Positions 1 to 13,395 of a stretch of DNA of 64,000 nucleotides are shown here, in pieces. The notes under the pieces are model-generated. The model was not told the DNA's origin. It worked only from the letters and a program-made list of their open reading frames with translations, and did no database searches. The translations under genes were made by a program, and so were the position numbers. Origin of the DNA: Podarcis bocagei (taxonomy: Eukaryota); assembly GCA_964188305.1 (NCBI GenBank), contig OZ076886.1, one strand, 5' to 3'. The stretch's first letter is position 1. Every line of letters starts with the position of its first letter.

Positions 1-1255
1 TAGGCATGTAAGACCATTAAGTCCGAGGTCTAAAAATTACCTAGCTTCTCCCTGTGACATAAATGCTCCTTTATATGCTCCTCTTCCAGTTTTCTCTGCT
101 GCAGCACACTTAAATGTCTGTCTCACATATACACTCCCAGTGTGGCATTTTCTCCTACAGCAGTTTGGATGAGAAATTGTGCTCTTAAAACTTGGTCACA
201 TCCAGTGGAAATACTCTGCTAAGAAGTTTTAGCAGAAATTCGAAACATCTGGAAATGTCTCCAAACCATGTTGTAAGCAAGTGATAATCCAACATGCAGC
301 GACACCCTTCAGGTGCCAACAAGTGCTAAAATATATATTTTAAAACCCTCTCTGCCGAAAATGAAGCAACTTGACCTTTCTGGCAATTGACAACCTCATG
401 AGAGGCTTAGAGTTACATATGTTGGATGTGGTTCTTTGCATTCCAGTGTCTCATAACTTCTGTGATCCCATCCTACGACTTGAATGAAACACTCTTTCTT
501 TTGTGTTACCATTCCAGTTTTCATGGATGTTAATTTTCCTCCCTGCCAAAAAATAAAATAAAAATTCTGCTTGTTGCCATTTAATAAGAGCAACTCCAGT
601 GCACTCTCTTGTTAGCATTACCAGCAAGGACACTTCTTTTTCTGTGGTGTTCCTATTCAGGTTATGACCAATTTCTGGCCACATTTGGATGATCATATCT
701 ACCCCTAAGGAAGCCAAGTTATGAGCAAGCCTCTTGCTCACACACCCAGCACCTTTGTTCCTTTTCAGTGAGCCACAATATAAACCAGGAAGTCTCTAAA
801 CTTAGTTTTTGGTTTTTATTCATTCTGGGAAACTCTGGTTTCTAGCATCAGAACAAGCCAGGGTATTCAACTATGAATTGAAGTTTGTTTAATATCCTGG
901 CTTGTTCCAAGGTTTTCCTGGTTCAGACTTAACAGGAAACTGTAGTTAGTTAGAAGCTTCCTCATTTAATTATAGCTTGTACCAGACGGAGGGGCAAGAA
1001 AGGAGGAAAAGGCTCATTCATATCTTGGTTTATTAAACCGATATATGATTGTCTGAACCAGCTCAATGGTTTTTCAGTCTTCATATTACAGAATCACCTT
1101 TGACTGCTGGATGCCTTGACTTCTTTGTGCATGTGTTCTTTCCGGCTATCGGTTCAACCCAGTTTATATGTATTTTGTAGTGTTTCAAGCTATACCCTGG
1201 AAAAGTGAAACAAAGCCAAATGCATTGTCAGCACAGCTACAACAGCAAAGATATA

Positions 1256-1497
1256 CAGTGGTACCTCTGCTTACAAACGTAATTCATTCCGGAGGTCCGT
1301 TCTTAACCTGAAACCATTCTTAACCTGAGGCACCATTTTAGCTAATGGGGCCTCCCATTGCTGCCGCACCGCTGGCGCACAATTTCTGTTCTCATCCTGA
1401 GGTAAAGTTCTTAACCCGAGGTACTACTTCCGGGTTAGCGGAGTCTGTAACCCAAAGTGTTTATAACCCGAGGTGTTTTTAACCCGAGGTACCACTG
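1256..1497. mobile_element. Tigger/pogo-like MITE
   Basis: TA-CAGTGGTACCTC...GAGGTACCACTG-TA termini; internal TTAACC(C/T)GAGG repeats; same family at 38241 and 56360. Confidence 0.85.
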
Positions 1498-3320
1498 TAC
1501 CTTTGACTGTCCCAGTTGTCTGTTGGGCAGTGCCTATTTCAAGTTCACACATGCCCCTAATCTGGATAGCTTTGTCTGGGCAATTCTGCTTGTATTAATA
1601 TTTCTTGCATGGGTGTATTTAAAAAGTTTATTTCTTTTTTATTTTTTTAAAATATTTTTCTTATATATATGGAAGTATGTTTGCTCATCCACCCAAGCCG
1701 TTATGTGGTTCTACAGAAAGGAGGCAAGTCTAACCTCTCCTCCACATTTCTGAGAACATTTAGTTAAGAACACATTTTTCTTTGAACTGTGTGTTCTTTC
1801 CCCATCCATCTCCAACACTAGAGCAAGCATCTTTGTTTCAAAAAGAGAGAAGCAGGCTATTCCTCTCCCCTGGCAGGAAAACGGTGACATTTGAACAAGG
1901 CTTCCCCTCTTTTTCTTCTTCAATGAGGGAGGTTATCAAGGTACCCCACAACAGGACTGGGTTTAGTGCCACCATAGCAATAAGGAGACAGGCACCTGTA
2001 CATTCTTGATTTTGTCCTGGTGTTATTAGGAGAATCACACACACGTGTCCCAAGTCCCCTTACAGGGCCAAGAGATTCATAGCTTAAAATAATTGTACAC
2101 AATAACTTGATAATCTTTTCCCTCCCAATTTTTGTGAGCGCTTGCAGATTATATTTTAAATGTCCCCTACAGCTCCTTGATAGTGCTTTCTGTTTGTCAA
2201 GTACACTGTCAACAACACAGTAAGGGCATTTAAGGAGGTCTTTTTGGTCGCTCTCTAACTAGGAAGCTTCATCAAAGCTCAAGCCCACTAATCTCTCTAA
2301 ACCGTTGAGAACTTTGCATTTTGGCATGCACTATAGTATCTATTTCTTGTCCCAAGATGAAGCAGTTGGATGGATTATAAATTTAAATAAATGCTTTCTG
2401 TCAGGCTTCATGAATTAAATTAGTGAATTATGGATCCAGAGAGGAATAATTTTCAGTTGCGCTTTTTAAAAAATATGCATTGAAGTGCAACATCTGAATA
2501 TTAGTCTAATGATTTTATTATTAATCTGGTTTTCTCTCCATTGTGTCCATTAGCTTCACTGGGACTTTCTGTGTACTTCTGGCATAGGCTGTTGTGTAAA
2601 ATTTGGTTTTCCATTTGTAAGATCCCTTAGGCAGCTTTAACTCATTTAATGACATCCGGTCCAAGTTAGAAATGGTTTTACCTAGAGCTGCTACTAGATT
2701 TCACCAAAAAGTGAAATGATAAGGAAAACATGGAGGTTCCTGTTTGGGTGAAACATTTGAGGAATTTCCACAGAGGCAAACATTTTTAGTGAAGTGGTTG
2801 CCTTTTGAATTTCATCACTAAAGTGAAATTGCAAGGCAAACATGAAGGTTCCTGTTTAAGAAGGAACATCCAAACAATTTTGAGGGTAGTAAGATTTAAA
2901 CTGCAATCCTAGCCCCACTTCCCTGACCATAAACCCCATTGGATTCAATGCATGCTTGGACTTGGGCTTAGAAGTAAGTCCAGGTAGACATACCTAGTAT
3001 TGCGCTTTTAGTCTAACAATAAGTACTGCACATTCTTAGTTTTATCCTCCCTCTTCTTTTAAATAAAAGAAGGAGGCATGCAGGGTTTGATGATCAGAGA
3101 TCCTGTTTTGCTTAGAGTCTGCTTCCTAGATATTGCAGCGACTTTCAACCACACAAAATCTCTTACATCTGCGTTCTATGACATCTCCTGGTTAAAGCGA
3201 GCATTACATTCAGCAAGAACCTAAGCCAGCTGTGTTGCATTTATGCAGCTTTTGTTTACATGCATCCATGTTCCTGAACTGCTTTGCACGTCCAATGTAT
3301 TCCTCTTTCCTTTTTGTCAG

Positions 3321-3410
3321 ATAAACTGTGTGACGTTCCCCCACCCTGACGCAATGCCAGAGCAGCAGCTGCTGAAACCTTCTGAATGGAGCTACTGCGA
3401 TTATTTCTGG
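3321..3410 (+). CDS. GAS7: GAS7 coding exon (INCVTFPHPDAMPEQQLLKPSEWSYCDYFW)
   Basis: tttttgtcag acceptor, gtaagt donor, 90 nt, phase 0/0. Confidence 0.96.
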
Positions 3411-3770
3411 GTAAGTGAGCAGCCACCCATATGCTCTTTACTGCAGCAACCGGGATTCATACAGTACGTAGCATATTGCTAAAATCTCTGTTGGCAAACA
3501 TGGTTAAAATCCAAGCTTGGAAGGAGGTGCATAAGATGTTGAAGAAGTTGTTTCCCCACCTCCACAACCTAATTGGATTGCAGCCGTATTACGCAAGACC
3601 GGGTGACTACAATGGGCTCCTATGTTGAGTCATATTCTGGGGCTTGTAACCCCAGAAGCCAGCATCATACAAATCTGGGCAGCATGTATGTGCTCAAACA
3701 CCATCTTCCTGATTTGCTGCCATCCCATCTGGTCCTTCCCTCTACAAATCCATCGTGTTAAAGTATAGCC

Positions 3771-3906
3771 CAGGCATAGGCAAACTCAGCCCTCCAGATG
3801 TTTTGGGACTACAACTCCCATCATCCCTAGCAAGCAGAACCAGTGGTCAGGGATGATGGGAATTGTAGTCTCAAAACATCTGGAGGGCCAAGTTTGCATG
3901 TGCCTG
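3771..3906. mobile_element. Palindromic hAT-type MITE (related copies ~15750-15882, 37880-37980, 40755-40875, 47235-47365, 53352-53490)
   Basis: CAGG...CCTG termini, long inverted arms (CCCTCCAGATGTTTTG.GACTACAA.TCCCATCATCCCT and its reverse complement), near 8-bp TSD gtatagcc/gtgtagcc. Confidence 0.75.
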
Positions 3907-5275
3907 GTGTAGCCATTATTCCCCTTTCTTATCTTAAGGAGCAAGACCTTTCCAGAAAGGGGTCTGGGGTCCCCAGGATGCTGGGATGAGCTCTCTTAAT
4001 AAGTTGATTGTTGATTGGTTAGCCTGGAGAGCTGGATAGTAATAAGGTGGTAATAAATTATCTGAGTATGGACTTTAGTTTTGGATTACAGTATACACCT
4101 CCTTTAACGTTTGTAAAAAAATTGGAGTAGATAAGTTTTAGAGAAATAAGAGAATTCCCTGCAACTTCAAATGTAATGATAACTTTAGATGAGAATAGTA
4201 TAAGGAACAAGATGGCCAAACTACTTACACTGGACAAAACTCACGAGTAATCATCACCTGAGAACCCACAGCCCAATTGGACTGGAGCCCTGTTCTGTAA
4301 TAAGCATAATTCGGCTCCAACATGATTTGCTTCATTCAGACACAAATGGCTGAAAGGGGAAAGGGAATTTGCAAATATTATATAAGGGTTGGATGTAGTT
4401 TTCCTACAACTAGAATATTTGTGGTTGAGGGGCAGGTGTATTATTATTTTTTTTGGTAAACAATAAAATTAGATGATTTAGACTTTCTTGATTAAAAAAA
4501 TGTGGTTGTCTTCACAAAGAATGAGGGCAGAGGGGAGTTCAATTGAGTTCCATGCATCCGAGGAACCATTTTGTTTTCTCTTTTACATTTCATGTGATAT
4601 TTCCAAGTGCATGCAAAACGTTAGATATACAGCATCAGAATTCTCTTGCACAACTAGAGGTTGCCAGAAATGCAAATCTTGCAGCACCCACTGTGCAATA
4701 TTGCCCTGCAGGGATAAAGAAGCAGTAGGGAAACAACAAATAAGTGGGGGAGGGAGAGAATGGATAGAAAAGAGGTAGGAACTGTCCCAGGGAGCAAGGC
4801 TTCTGTGGTAGGCCAGGAGGTATTCTGAGTAAGAGTCTGGGGAAGAGAAGCCTATATGCCAGTTTGCAAAAAAATATGTGGCTAGTTCTGACCTTGGTCA
4901 TTTGTCCCTGCCACAAGCATGGGTTGTTTTCTCCCTTATATTAATACTGTCAATTCCTATTAACACAGAATCTGCTGCTGTTTAACTACCTGTTTCATAT
5001 ATGCCAGAGCAGCCCCTAGTGGCAATGATCTGGTATTTGCTGGAAATTCTGCTAGCTCTATTGAAGTCGTCTTTGAAGCTCCGCTAGCAGCTGTTGTATT
5101 TGTTGCATTAGGCAAAAATATCCTGAATAGAATTGCCAGCTTGTGACTTGGGGGCGTTTGAGGTAATTCTTAGCCCACTTTCCGATATCTGCTGCGTGGC
5201 GGAGCTGCTAAGTGCTTTGGCACATCTTCTGACGCCTCTAGTGTGGCATATATTCTAACTGCACGTTTCCTTTAG

Positions 5276-5391
5276 ACTGATAAGAAGGATCCTCAAGGAA
5301 ACAGCACCGTCTCGGGATTTGAAATTCTTCTTCAGAAACAACTGAAAGGAAAGCAAATGCAAAAAGAGATGGCGGAATTTATTCGGGAAAG
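5276..5391 (+). CDS. GAS7: GAS7 coding exon (TDKKDPQGNSTVSGFEILLQKQLKGKQMQKEMAEFIRE-R)
   Basis: cctttag acceptor, gtaact donor, 116 nt; start of FCH domain. Confidence 0.96.
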
Positions 5392-6159
5392 GTAACTTGG
5401 AAATTAACTCCTTCTTTCATTGGTTTCTGTCTCCATTAGTGAGACACCTGCTTCCGTTAGTCCCTTAGTAAATAACTTGCTTTCGCTTGACAATCTTGAC
5501 AATTGGGAAGGAGAATACTAGCATGAATGGGTTCCTTGGACTGTTCTGTCTTGACTACTTTATATTCCTACAGGCTACCAGCAGTATCTTATTCTCACTT
5601 TCATAAGCTCATTTATCTAAAGCTTTGCAAAAATGGTTTATCCAAACATGAACACACGGCAGTTATATTCAGCAAAAGGATCGACAGCTAACAAGTTTTT
5701 CAATCGGCATTTTGTATGGGGTTCTGGGCCAAATTCAGCAATTTGTGGCTATGTTAGCACCGTAGAAATGCTCAGTTTTAGAAAAACATACATTCATTTT
5801 TGTGAAATTCATGGTAAAATAGTATATGATATCTGCTCTAGATGTTGTGGTTCACACAGAGAAGATGCTGTATGCCTGTAGAGTTACCTGCCCTCCTTCT
5901 CATGCTTTCTGACATGCACCTCTGCCCAACACTTATCCACAAGCTTGTGTCACCATGGCAGCAACAGCACTTCATGCTTACAGTATATCTGTCATAGGTG
6001 GTTCAAAATAAGTCAAGTGAGTTAGTGTGTATTTCTCAATAAGATGGTTTGAAATATTCAGTGGCTGTAGCTGTTGTTTTTATAAATTCATGAACAGTAA
6101 GAAGCTATTGAAGTGATGTACATTAAGGTAATATGGGATACAATACCAAAGATACTGAG

Positions 6160-7013
6160 TCTGGCACAATTAGTGCCAGCACCATCCGTTAAGAGTTTGG
6201 GTGTAATCTTCGACACCTCCCTTTCCATGGAGGCGCAGATTGCAGCTAGAATAAAGGCGGCATTTTTTCATCTCCGCCAAGCTAAGCAGTTGGCTCCTTA
6301 CCTCTCTCACCCTGACCTAGCCGCTGTGAGCCACGCGACGGTCACCTCGAGACTGGATTATTGTAACTCACTCTACGTGGGGCTGCCCTTGAGACTGACC
6401 CAGAAACTCCAGCGGGTGCAGAATGCCGCGGCGAAACTCCTTACGGGGTCCTCGCTGCGGGATCACATTCACCAGGTGCTATAACAGCTGCACTGGCTCC
6501 CGGTGGAGTACAGGATCAGGTTTAAGGTGCTGGTTTTAACCTTTAAAGCCCTATACAGCCTAGGACCCTCGTACCTATGGGACCGCCTCTCCTGGTATGT
6601 CCCACGGAGGACCTTAGGGTCTTCGAACAAAAACATCTTGGAGGTCCCAGGCCACAGGGAGGTTAGGCTGGCCTCAACCAGAGCCAGGGCTTTTTCGGCT
6701 GTGGCCCCGATCTGGTGGAACACTCTGTCACAAGAGACTAGGGCCCTGTGGGACTTGACATCTTTCCGCAGGGCCTGCAAGACAGAACTGTTCCACCAGG
6801 CCTTTGACCAAGGCACAGCCTGACCCCCTCCTTTGGTAATCCTCATAGAACTCTAGCCCAATGGTTGCCATTACGGTAATTTGATTCTGAACTGATTTTA
6901 GAATGAATTGATTTTAGAATGCTGTGTTTACTTTTACTGTTGTTAGCCACTCTGAGCCCTTCTTCGGCTGGGGAGGGCGGGATATAAATAAAATTTTATT
7001 TTATTATTAGTAT
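6160..7013 (+). mobile_element. 5'-truncated L2-clade LINE (RT C-terminus plus 3' tail)
   Basis: ORFs 6113..6484 and 6503..6823 are in the same frame, separated by one TAA. Motifs VKSLGVIFD, SRLDYCNSLYVGLP, LQRVQNAAA, LHWLPV..RI.FK; AT-rich (TTA)-like tail. Confidence 0.9.
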
Positions 7014-10000
7014 TAAAAAAATATTCCAGTCAATATTCCAGTAAATGGTCCAGTAAATGACTGGGTCACACTTCAAGGAAAGTCTTATTAAATAAGAAGG
7101 CAGTAATAGCCACCCACACATCAAGTAGGTGCCTAATTTCAGCTGGCAACTAATTCCAGAAGGGTCAGTTGATGTGTCTGATCCAGTTTCCCAGCCATAC
7201 AGTTCTATAGCTTGGATCCTATCTTTCCTTCTGTGAAAGGAACAGAATTCACCCTCATGGAATGGGACTTTTACATCTTCTTCAGCCTGTACCCATCAAA
7301 AACCTGCTCCTGGTGATTGGAAATGGTGTGGGAAATGTTGCAAATGGAATAGGGAGACAGTAGAAGTCCCTTATCATACATGAATGGAGGAGCAACTTCT
7401 ATATGCCCAGAGCTGCTCTTTATAACATTCGCATATATGCCCGGAGTTGCTCTTCTTAAATGGAAGGACTTGAGAGAAGGATCTTAGCAGAAGGTGGGGA
7501 GGTGATTTTTTTTTTTTAAAAAAAAATATCCCTATACACACACACACACACACACACACCTGGGACCCCTTCCATGCTATTCCAGAAAGTCCCCCTACCC
7601 TCTAGAGTGGATTTTCAGAGTTCACAAGGGCTGTATTGGGAAGGGGGGGATGAGCAAAAATGACTTCTCCTAGTATTTTGCTGCAGGATTGTCCTGTAAA
7701 CAAACAAACAAAATGCTCACAGGATCTCTATTTTCATCCCCTGTGTCTCCAGAAATCATAAAGCTGGGTTGTCGGATTTAAGAAATTTTGGTTGCAACCT
7801 AGCAAGGCATTTAATTTTTTCATATTGTTTGATATTAGTACAATCACTGTATTTACTAAGGGTCCATTTTAATCTTCACTGTAGAGACTTAGGAATCATA
7901 GAAGTACAAATCCTCTTGAGTTCTCTCTACTTCACGATCTTCAGTGACTTTAGCACGTCTGGGGGTGGGGATCTTTCCTCACCCCATCCGGTCTGCCTCT
8001 GCTCTGCTAGAACATAGTTTAAATAACTCAAAATATATGCAGGACATGAAAGGAGAAGGCGCGCGAGAGAAAGATAAACAGTTATTATTTATAGCTGCTC
8101 ATTATTTATAACTACTCTTAGAAGAAAAAGAGCACTGTTATAAATAGCTTTCCGAATAATAATAATAATAGGATGGAGATTTACTTCTCTATGGCTTGCA
8201 ATGGAGAACTGGAACACTGTGTTCCAAGAGTGGACTTTGCCTGGTCAGAGGACAATGAAGGCGCCACTACCATTACCCATTTCAATTGGACAGTGGTGAA
8301 TTGGTAGGAAAACTTTATCTTGTGCCAGTGGAAAATCTTAAGCATAAGGACAAGTGGGAATCCTTTTGACAGAGTATAGATCATCAACAAATCCACACAG
8401 CTCTTGAGCACAGAAAGTAACCTTTGGCACAAAATGGCAAATATATAAATATGTGTCCATAAATACATTACATAGCCATATTGGATATCTTTCATGGAAA
8501 TGGGAGAGCAGAGGCCATTCATAGCTTTACAAAAGAAACAGGAGTTTATATAGATTGATATCGTTCTCACCTCTTCTTGGAAAATGTCTTTATCAAGGGG
8601 GAAACTTGGAAAAGCCCCTTTGATGTGCTGCAGCATGAAAGTCCCCCACCCCCACCCCGCAGTTTTTATCAAATAGTACAACTCTGTTTTTGCTTGACAC
8701 TGAGATGTTTGGTTTGGTATGGATTGGTTGTTGTTGTTTTAAAAACACACACAATAGCAGTTTATGCACCTGTCTTTTTGTCTTTTCTATGGGTGTATTT
8801 GATCCCCTGCTTGGGAGACTATTCACAGCTCCCCACAGTGTTGGGGGTTTTTTTGAGGGGTGTGTGAAGGTATTTCAAATAGATACGATTTTAGTATAGT
8901 GCAGAGGTGGCTCCACAGACCAGAGCTGCATCAGCATCTGCCTTGAAAGGTGGATGGGGCTGCCCACCTGTCAGTCACATAATGTAACAAATGACATCAA
9001 GTGTTTTGGTCAGAAAAAAGCCTTCCTTTTAGCAGTTCCTTGCTGTTTGTGAGGTGCTTTGAAGCCCTGACTTTGGCAGTTCAAAGAGCAGCCAAACTGA
9101 GAAACCTTGGATGCACTCGGTGCTTTTTTTCTGTAGGTACTCAAGGGTACAGAGTATTGGCATCTTCCTTTTTCAAATGTTAAAAGTTTGTTGCAGGGAG
9201 GAGTTCTCTCACACATCTAGACCAAGCTGGACTGAGCTCCCCACATATAATCCAATGTATGAGGGGTTCAGTCCAACTTAGCACTGAGTTTGGATGCACA
9301 ACAGAGTTTCTTGCAAGGGGTGCCTTTGCCTATGGAAATTTCATGGAGGGGATAGTATGGCCAGGAGGAAGAGTGGGGGGAGCCTGAGGATTTGGAGCTA
9401 GAGGAGTCTGTGAATGATCCCAGTAGGGTGGAACTGGGGTCTCAAGAAGTGTCTGGTGCCAAGGAAAGGCTAGGAGACCTGGAAGGGGAAGATTCAGACC
9501 CTGAGGAAGACCAAGCAGATTGTCAAAGGGCTACTTGTTCATCACACCTTATTTATCAGCCTGTTTGTATTGATGGGGCTATGTAGAACAATGGAATATC
9601 TCACTGTGAGGAGTAGCAGAGAAAGATCCTCTTGCAGGTGGATCCTCTTGCATCATAAATACATTTTTTGACTTATTGAAAATTGAAATCTTGCTTTGGC
9701 TTCTGGTAAGAGCTGGGCTAGATTCAGCTGTTTTGACAAGTCGGACAGAGCTGTCCAACCTGGTTCCACATGCCAGGGAGGTGGAGCTGCTTTGTTCCGT
9801 TACACACAACCTATTCTTTCCATCATCACAGGTATATGGGGTTGGGGTTGAAGACACAAGAATTGACCTGTATTACCTTGGTGAGGATTTTCAATAATGA
9901 CTACTCGGCTTGTTGGGTTTTGCAAGTTGAATTATACAATGTGTGAAAACATCTATTGTAATGTGAGATACTGTTCTTTTAAATGATGTATTTCTGCTGG

Positions 10001-10018
10001 TGTTCTTCCTTTCTCCAG

Positions 10019-10093
10019 GATAAAGATTGAGGAAGAATATGCTAAGAACTTGTCCAAACTATCACAAAACTCGTTGGCTGCCCAGGAAGAAGG
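10019..10093 (+). CDS. GAS7: GAS7 coding exon (IKIEEEYAKNLSKLSQNSLAAQEE-G)
   Basis: ttctccag acceptor, gtaagg donor, 75 nt; F-BAR motif ERxxIEEEYAKxL. Confidence 0.96.
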
Positions 10094-12405
10094 GTAAGGT
10101 CATATTCTTACCATTGTGTGAGTGGATGAAATCCCATGTAGCTATAAAACCTGTGCCTTTACTTAAATAATTTCTCCGCTCTTTCCTGCTTTCTGTCTGG
10201 GATCGACATTGGACCCTGGGCCCATCCTGTCTGGTTTCTTTCTTTGGAAATCAGCACAAGAATGAAAGGTTGTAATTTGTACTCTGAGGGGGAAGAAGGT
10301 TGCTCACCTATCCATTGAAAAAATGAAAAGAAAAAAGGTGTATTGATACTTCAGTAATGTGTTAAGTGTTTAGAAGTTAGAAGAGAAAGTAAGGATCCTA
10401 GAGAAATGTACCTCTTCTCTTTCCGTGGAAGTTTGAATCCAGCACAGCTGTATAGCAGGCCAGCTGTCAAGTAGCAGCAAGCCATAGTTAATGGCTTATT
10501 GAGACAGAGCAGTGCACACTGCCTAATTACTCCTGCTTTGTGCCTCACCAGTTGGAACAACCAGCCATGAATCATTGGCTTGTTGTTAGGTCCAAACTGG
10601 GATTCTGTTTTGTTTCTCTTTAATAAACCAGATCAGCAAGCCAACAACAAACAATGGCTTTATGTCGATGAGTAGTCATGGTTTGTTAGAGTGAAACAAA
10701 CCACATCTCAGGTTCAGGCTTCATGGCTTATTTCTCCCACTAGGGGACAAGCTGGAGTGGAAGCGATTGGGCAATGTACTCTAGCACACTGTTCAGTCCA
10801 AATAAGCCTTTAACCATGACTTACTGTTATTTGCAAATGAAGTCAATGAGCCTATATAATGCAGCCTTTTGATACGTTTCATTTTTCTTGCGATGGGGAT
10901 TTGACCACATGTCCTTTCCAACTCAGAAATGTGATTCGCATTTTATTTTACGTCTTTGCGGTTCCATCCATTCTAGATTCGCCGTGGCATCTGGTGAGGT
11001 GGACTCTAGTCTACAAAAATATATCCCAAAATAAATGTTAGCCTTTAAATAAATTTGTTCATCTAAGGAGTCTCTACAGACCCTTTGATGTTTCTTGCCA
11101 CAGAGTATAATTGAATCGCAAACATCTGATAACTTAGTTTGCTCCCTTAACAAATTCCTTGTTCCTTTTAATGTTTGTGTCCTCCTGGAGGAGAGTATAT
11201 TGATTGCAGGAATTCACAGTTTATTCGTTTTCTACTCTGGAGGACAAGAGGAATTTTAATGGGGCATGCCTGCATACCAAATAGTGAATTGGGTTTCTGC
11301 TTGGATGCATTCAATTCCTGGTTCCAAAAGAGATGTAGGCAAAATAATTCCTGTCTTGTACAAATACTTTGGATTTCAGCATGTCCTTCTATAGTATTAA
11401 GATGGCTTTCAGACACTGTACGTTTCTTATGATTCAGTGGCTATGGAACTTATTTAATTTTTGTGATATGGGGGGGGGGACATGTAGCAAGGCAGATTAA
11501 CTTTCTTTGTCACCTGGCATTCATTAGATTTATATCCTGTCTTTTTCAATGATGAAACTCGTGTAAACTTCCAGCTCATTGCCTAAACTGATAGCCATTA
11601 TGTTATTATTCCCTCCGCTAGACTAATTCTCACAAGTTATTGGACACTTTGCTTGGAGGAGCTACTAAGAGTTTGGAAGACATGTTTGAAAAGGCTATTA
11701 AAAGAAATCACATTGTTTATTTTCTGTCACCTGAGAAAATTAATTCAATTCTCTGTGTTGTCATGGGCTCATTTCAATTGTTTGACATTTTGAGGCTTAA
11801 GAAACAAACAAACAACTCATCCAAACGGCTCCTCATTAGGTAAAACCTTCCTAAATGTAATTGGAGTCTGATGGGAGACACTCTGGATCTAATCAACATT
11901 TTATGGCTACTCTACATATTATGCTTCAATTTATGGTTAAGCTATCCCTTTTGGTATTTAAAAAGTATCAAATTACACACTCGAATCAGTAGCTGAAGAA
12001 GTCATTAGTTACCTCTGCTGAATTATTATAACTACAAGTAAGAGCACAGGTAGAGAGGTTGCTAGTTTGTCTCAAATGAATGGTAATTATGAGCCTAAAC
12101 AGCACTAAGGGATTGTGAGCGTAATTTATTCCAGGGGGTGGATGGGGGAAATGGGATGAGATTTTGCTGAAAATAATTATGCTCATCTTCCTTCCCCCGA
12201 ATGTGAATCTGAACATGAGTCTAGAGAGAAAAATTATGTAAGATAATTTACATTTTTTGTCTTTTGAGTTCAGCTCTCTGAAATGCCGCTGTTCCCATTA
12301 TGTGTAGTATTTGGAATGCTACTGCTAACAGAAACGTACGTTTGTAATGATGAGAATTGGATGCTAATGAATGAGTAAATTTCTTACCCCTCACATATGT
12401 TTCAG

Positions 12406-12484
12406 GACGCTTGGAGAGTCTTGGTCTCAGCTGAAGAAAAGCCTGGCTGATGAAGCAGAGGTTCACCTCAAGTTTTCCTCCAAG
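12406..12484 (+). CDS. GAS7: GAS7 coding exon (TLGESWSQLKKSLADEAEVHLKFSSK)
   Basis: gtttcag acceptor, gtaatc donor, 79 nt, phase-compatible. Confidence 0.96.
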
Positions 12485-12920
12485 GTAATCACTTCATAAG
12501 GAATCTTCTGTGTGGGGTTGAGACCAGCAGAACATGTTTTCTGAAAACTGGGGTGCAGTTTTACATAAAAGCTGCATTTGCGGGATTTTCATGGGTAAAC
12601 TGGATAAGATGTCTGGGGAACAGAAGGATCCCAGTGAGTTGCTTTTCCCCAAAATCAGAAGCTATTTAAGCAAATGACTGTTGTGGCCCTCTAATGCTGG
12701 ATGATAGGAAGCTGCCTTCCATCAGGACAGACTGTTGTTTAGTCTGGCTGGCAGTGGTCTGTTACATAATCTGTTCTGTGATCCTTTTTTTAAGTGGGGA
12801 TGCCTAGGTTTGAACTTTGAACCTTCTGCACTCAAAGCATGTCCTCTGCCATTGATCTGTGGTCCCTTCATTGATTCCTAAGAAAGCACCATATGCAAAC
12901 TTTAGGCATGAACCAGCCAA

Positions 12921-12993
12921 AGTTGTTGTTGTTGTGGTGGTGGTGGTGGTTATTATTATTATTGTTGTTGTTATTATTGTTATTATTATTATT
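12921..12993. repeat. Compound trinucleotide microsatellite (GTT/GTG/ATT)n
   Basis: Directly visible. Confidence 0.9.
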
Positions 12994-12994
12994 A

Positions 12995-13395
12995 AATGTT
13001 TTCCGTTTTCAAAAGGTTACAAATACACATCTTACAGTCTTGTACTTCCAATACAAATACATGTCAGACCCCCCCCTTTTGTGGTTTCTTATTTAAATTT
13101 TTAACACTGTATTTTCCACTTTACTCCATTTTTAAATTGTTCTACAATTAATCTTACTTATACTTTTAACTTCTTGATTTAAGTTAACCCTACCAATGCT
13201 TTTAGTTGCATACCATGATTTTTCAAATATTCCACAAATATTCCCCACTCCTTAATAATAATAAAAATTTATCTTGGTTTCTTAGCACACCTGTTAATTT
13301 TGCCATTTCAGCGTAATCCATCAGTTTAGTTAACCACTCTTCCTTAGTCGGAACAGCATCCTCTTTCCATATCTGGGCAAATACCATTCTTGAAC
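12995..13395 (-). mobile_element. L1-type LINE 3' fragment
   Basis: WKEDAVPTKEEWLTKLMDYAEMAKLT resembles the extreme ORF2 C-terminus of reptile L1; A-rich tail runs into the 12921-12993 microsatellite. Confidence 0.6.

Noticed and set aside
8181-8681. 166-aa minus-strand ORF, and similar 130-160 aa ORFs at 50308, 58883 and 59681
   Set aside because: No recognisable motif or codon bias; intronic or antisense to real exons; expected by chance.
9340-9586. Acidic ORF (MELEESVND...EGEDSDPEED) in a GAS7 intron
   Set aside because: No splice signals compatible with GAS7; purine-rich composition looks like a decayed LTR/repeat.
12859-13104. Poly-Val/Ile and poly-Leu/Trp hydrophobic ORFs
   Set aside because: Translations of a trinucleotide microsatellite.
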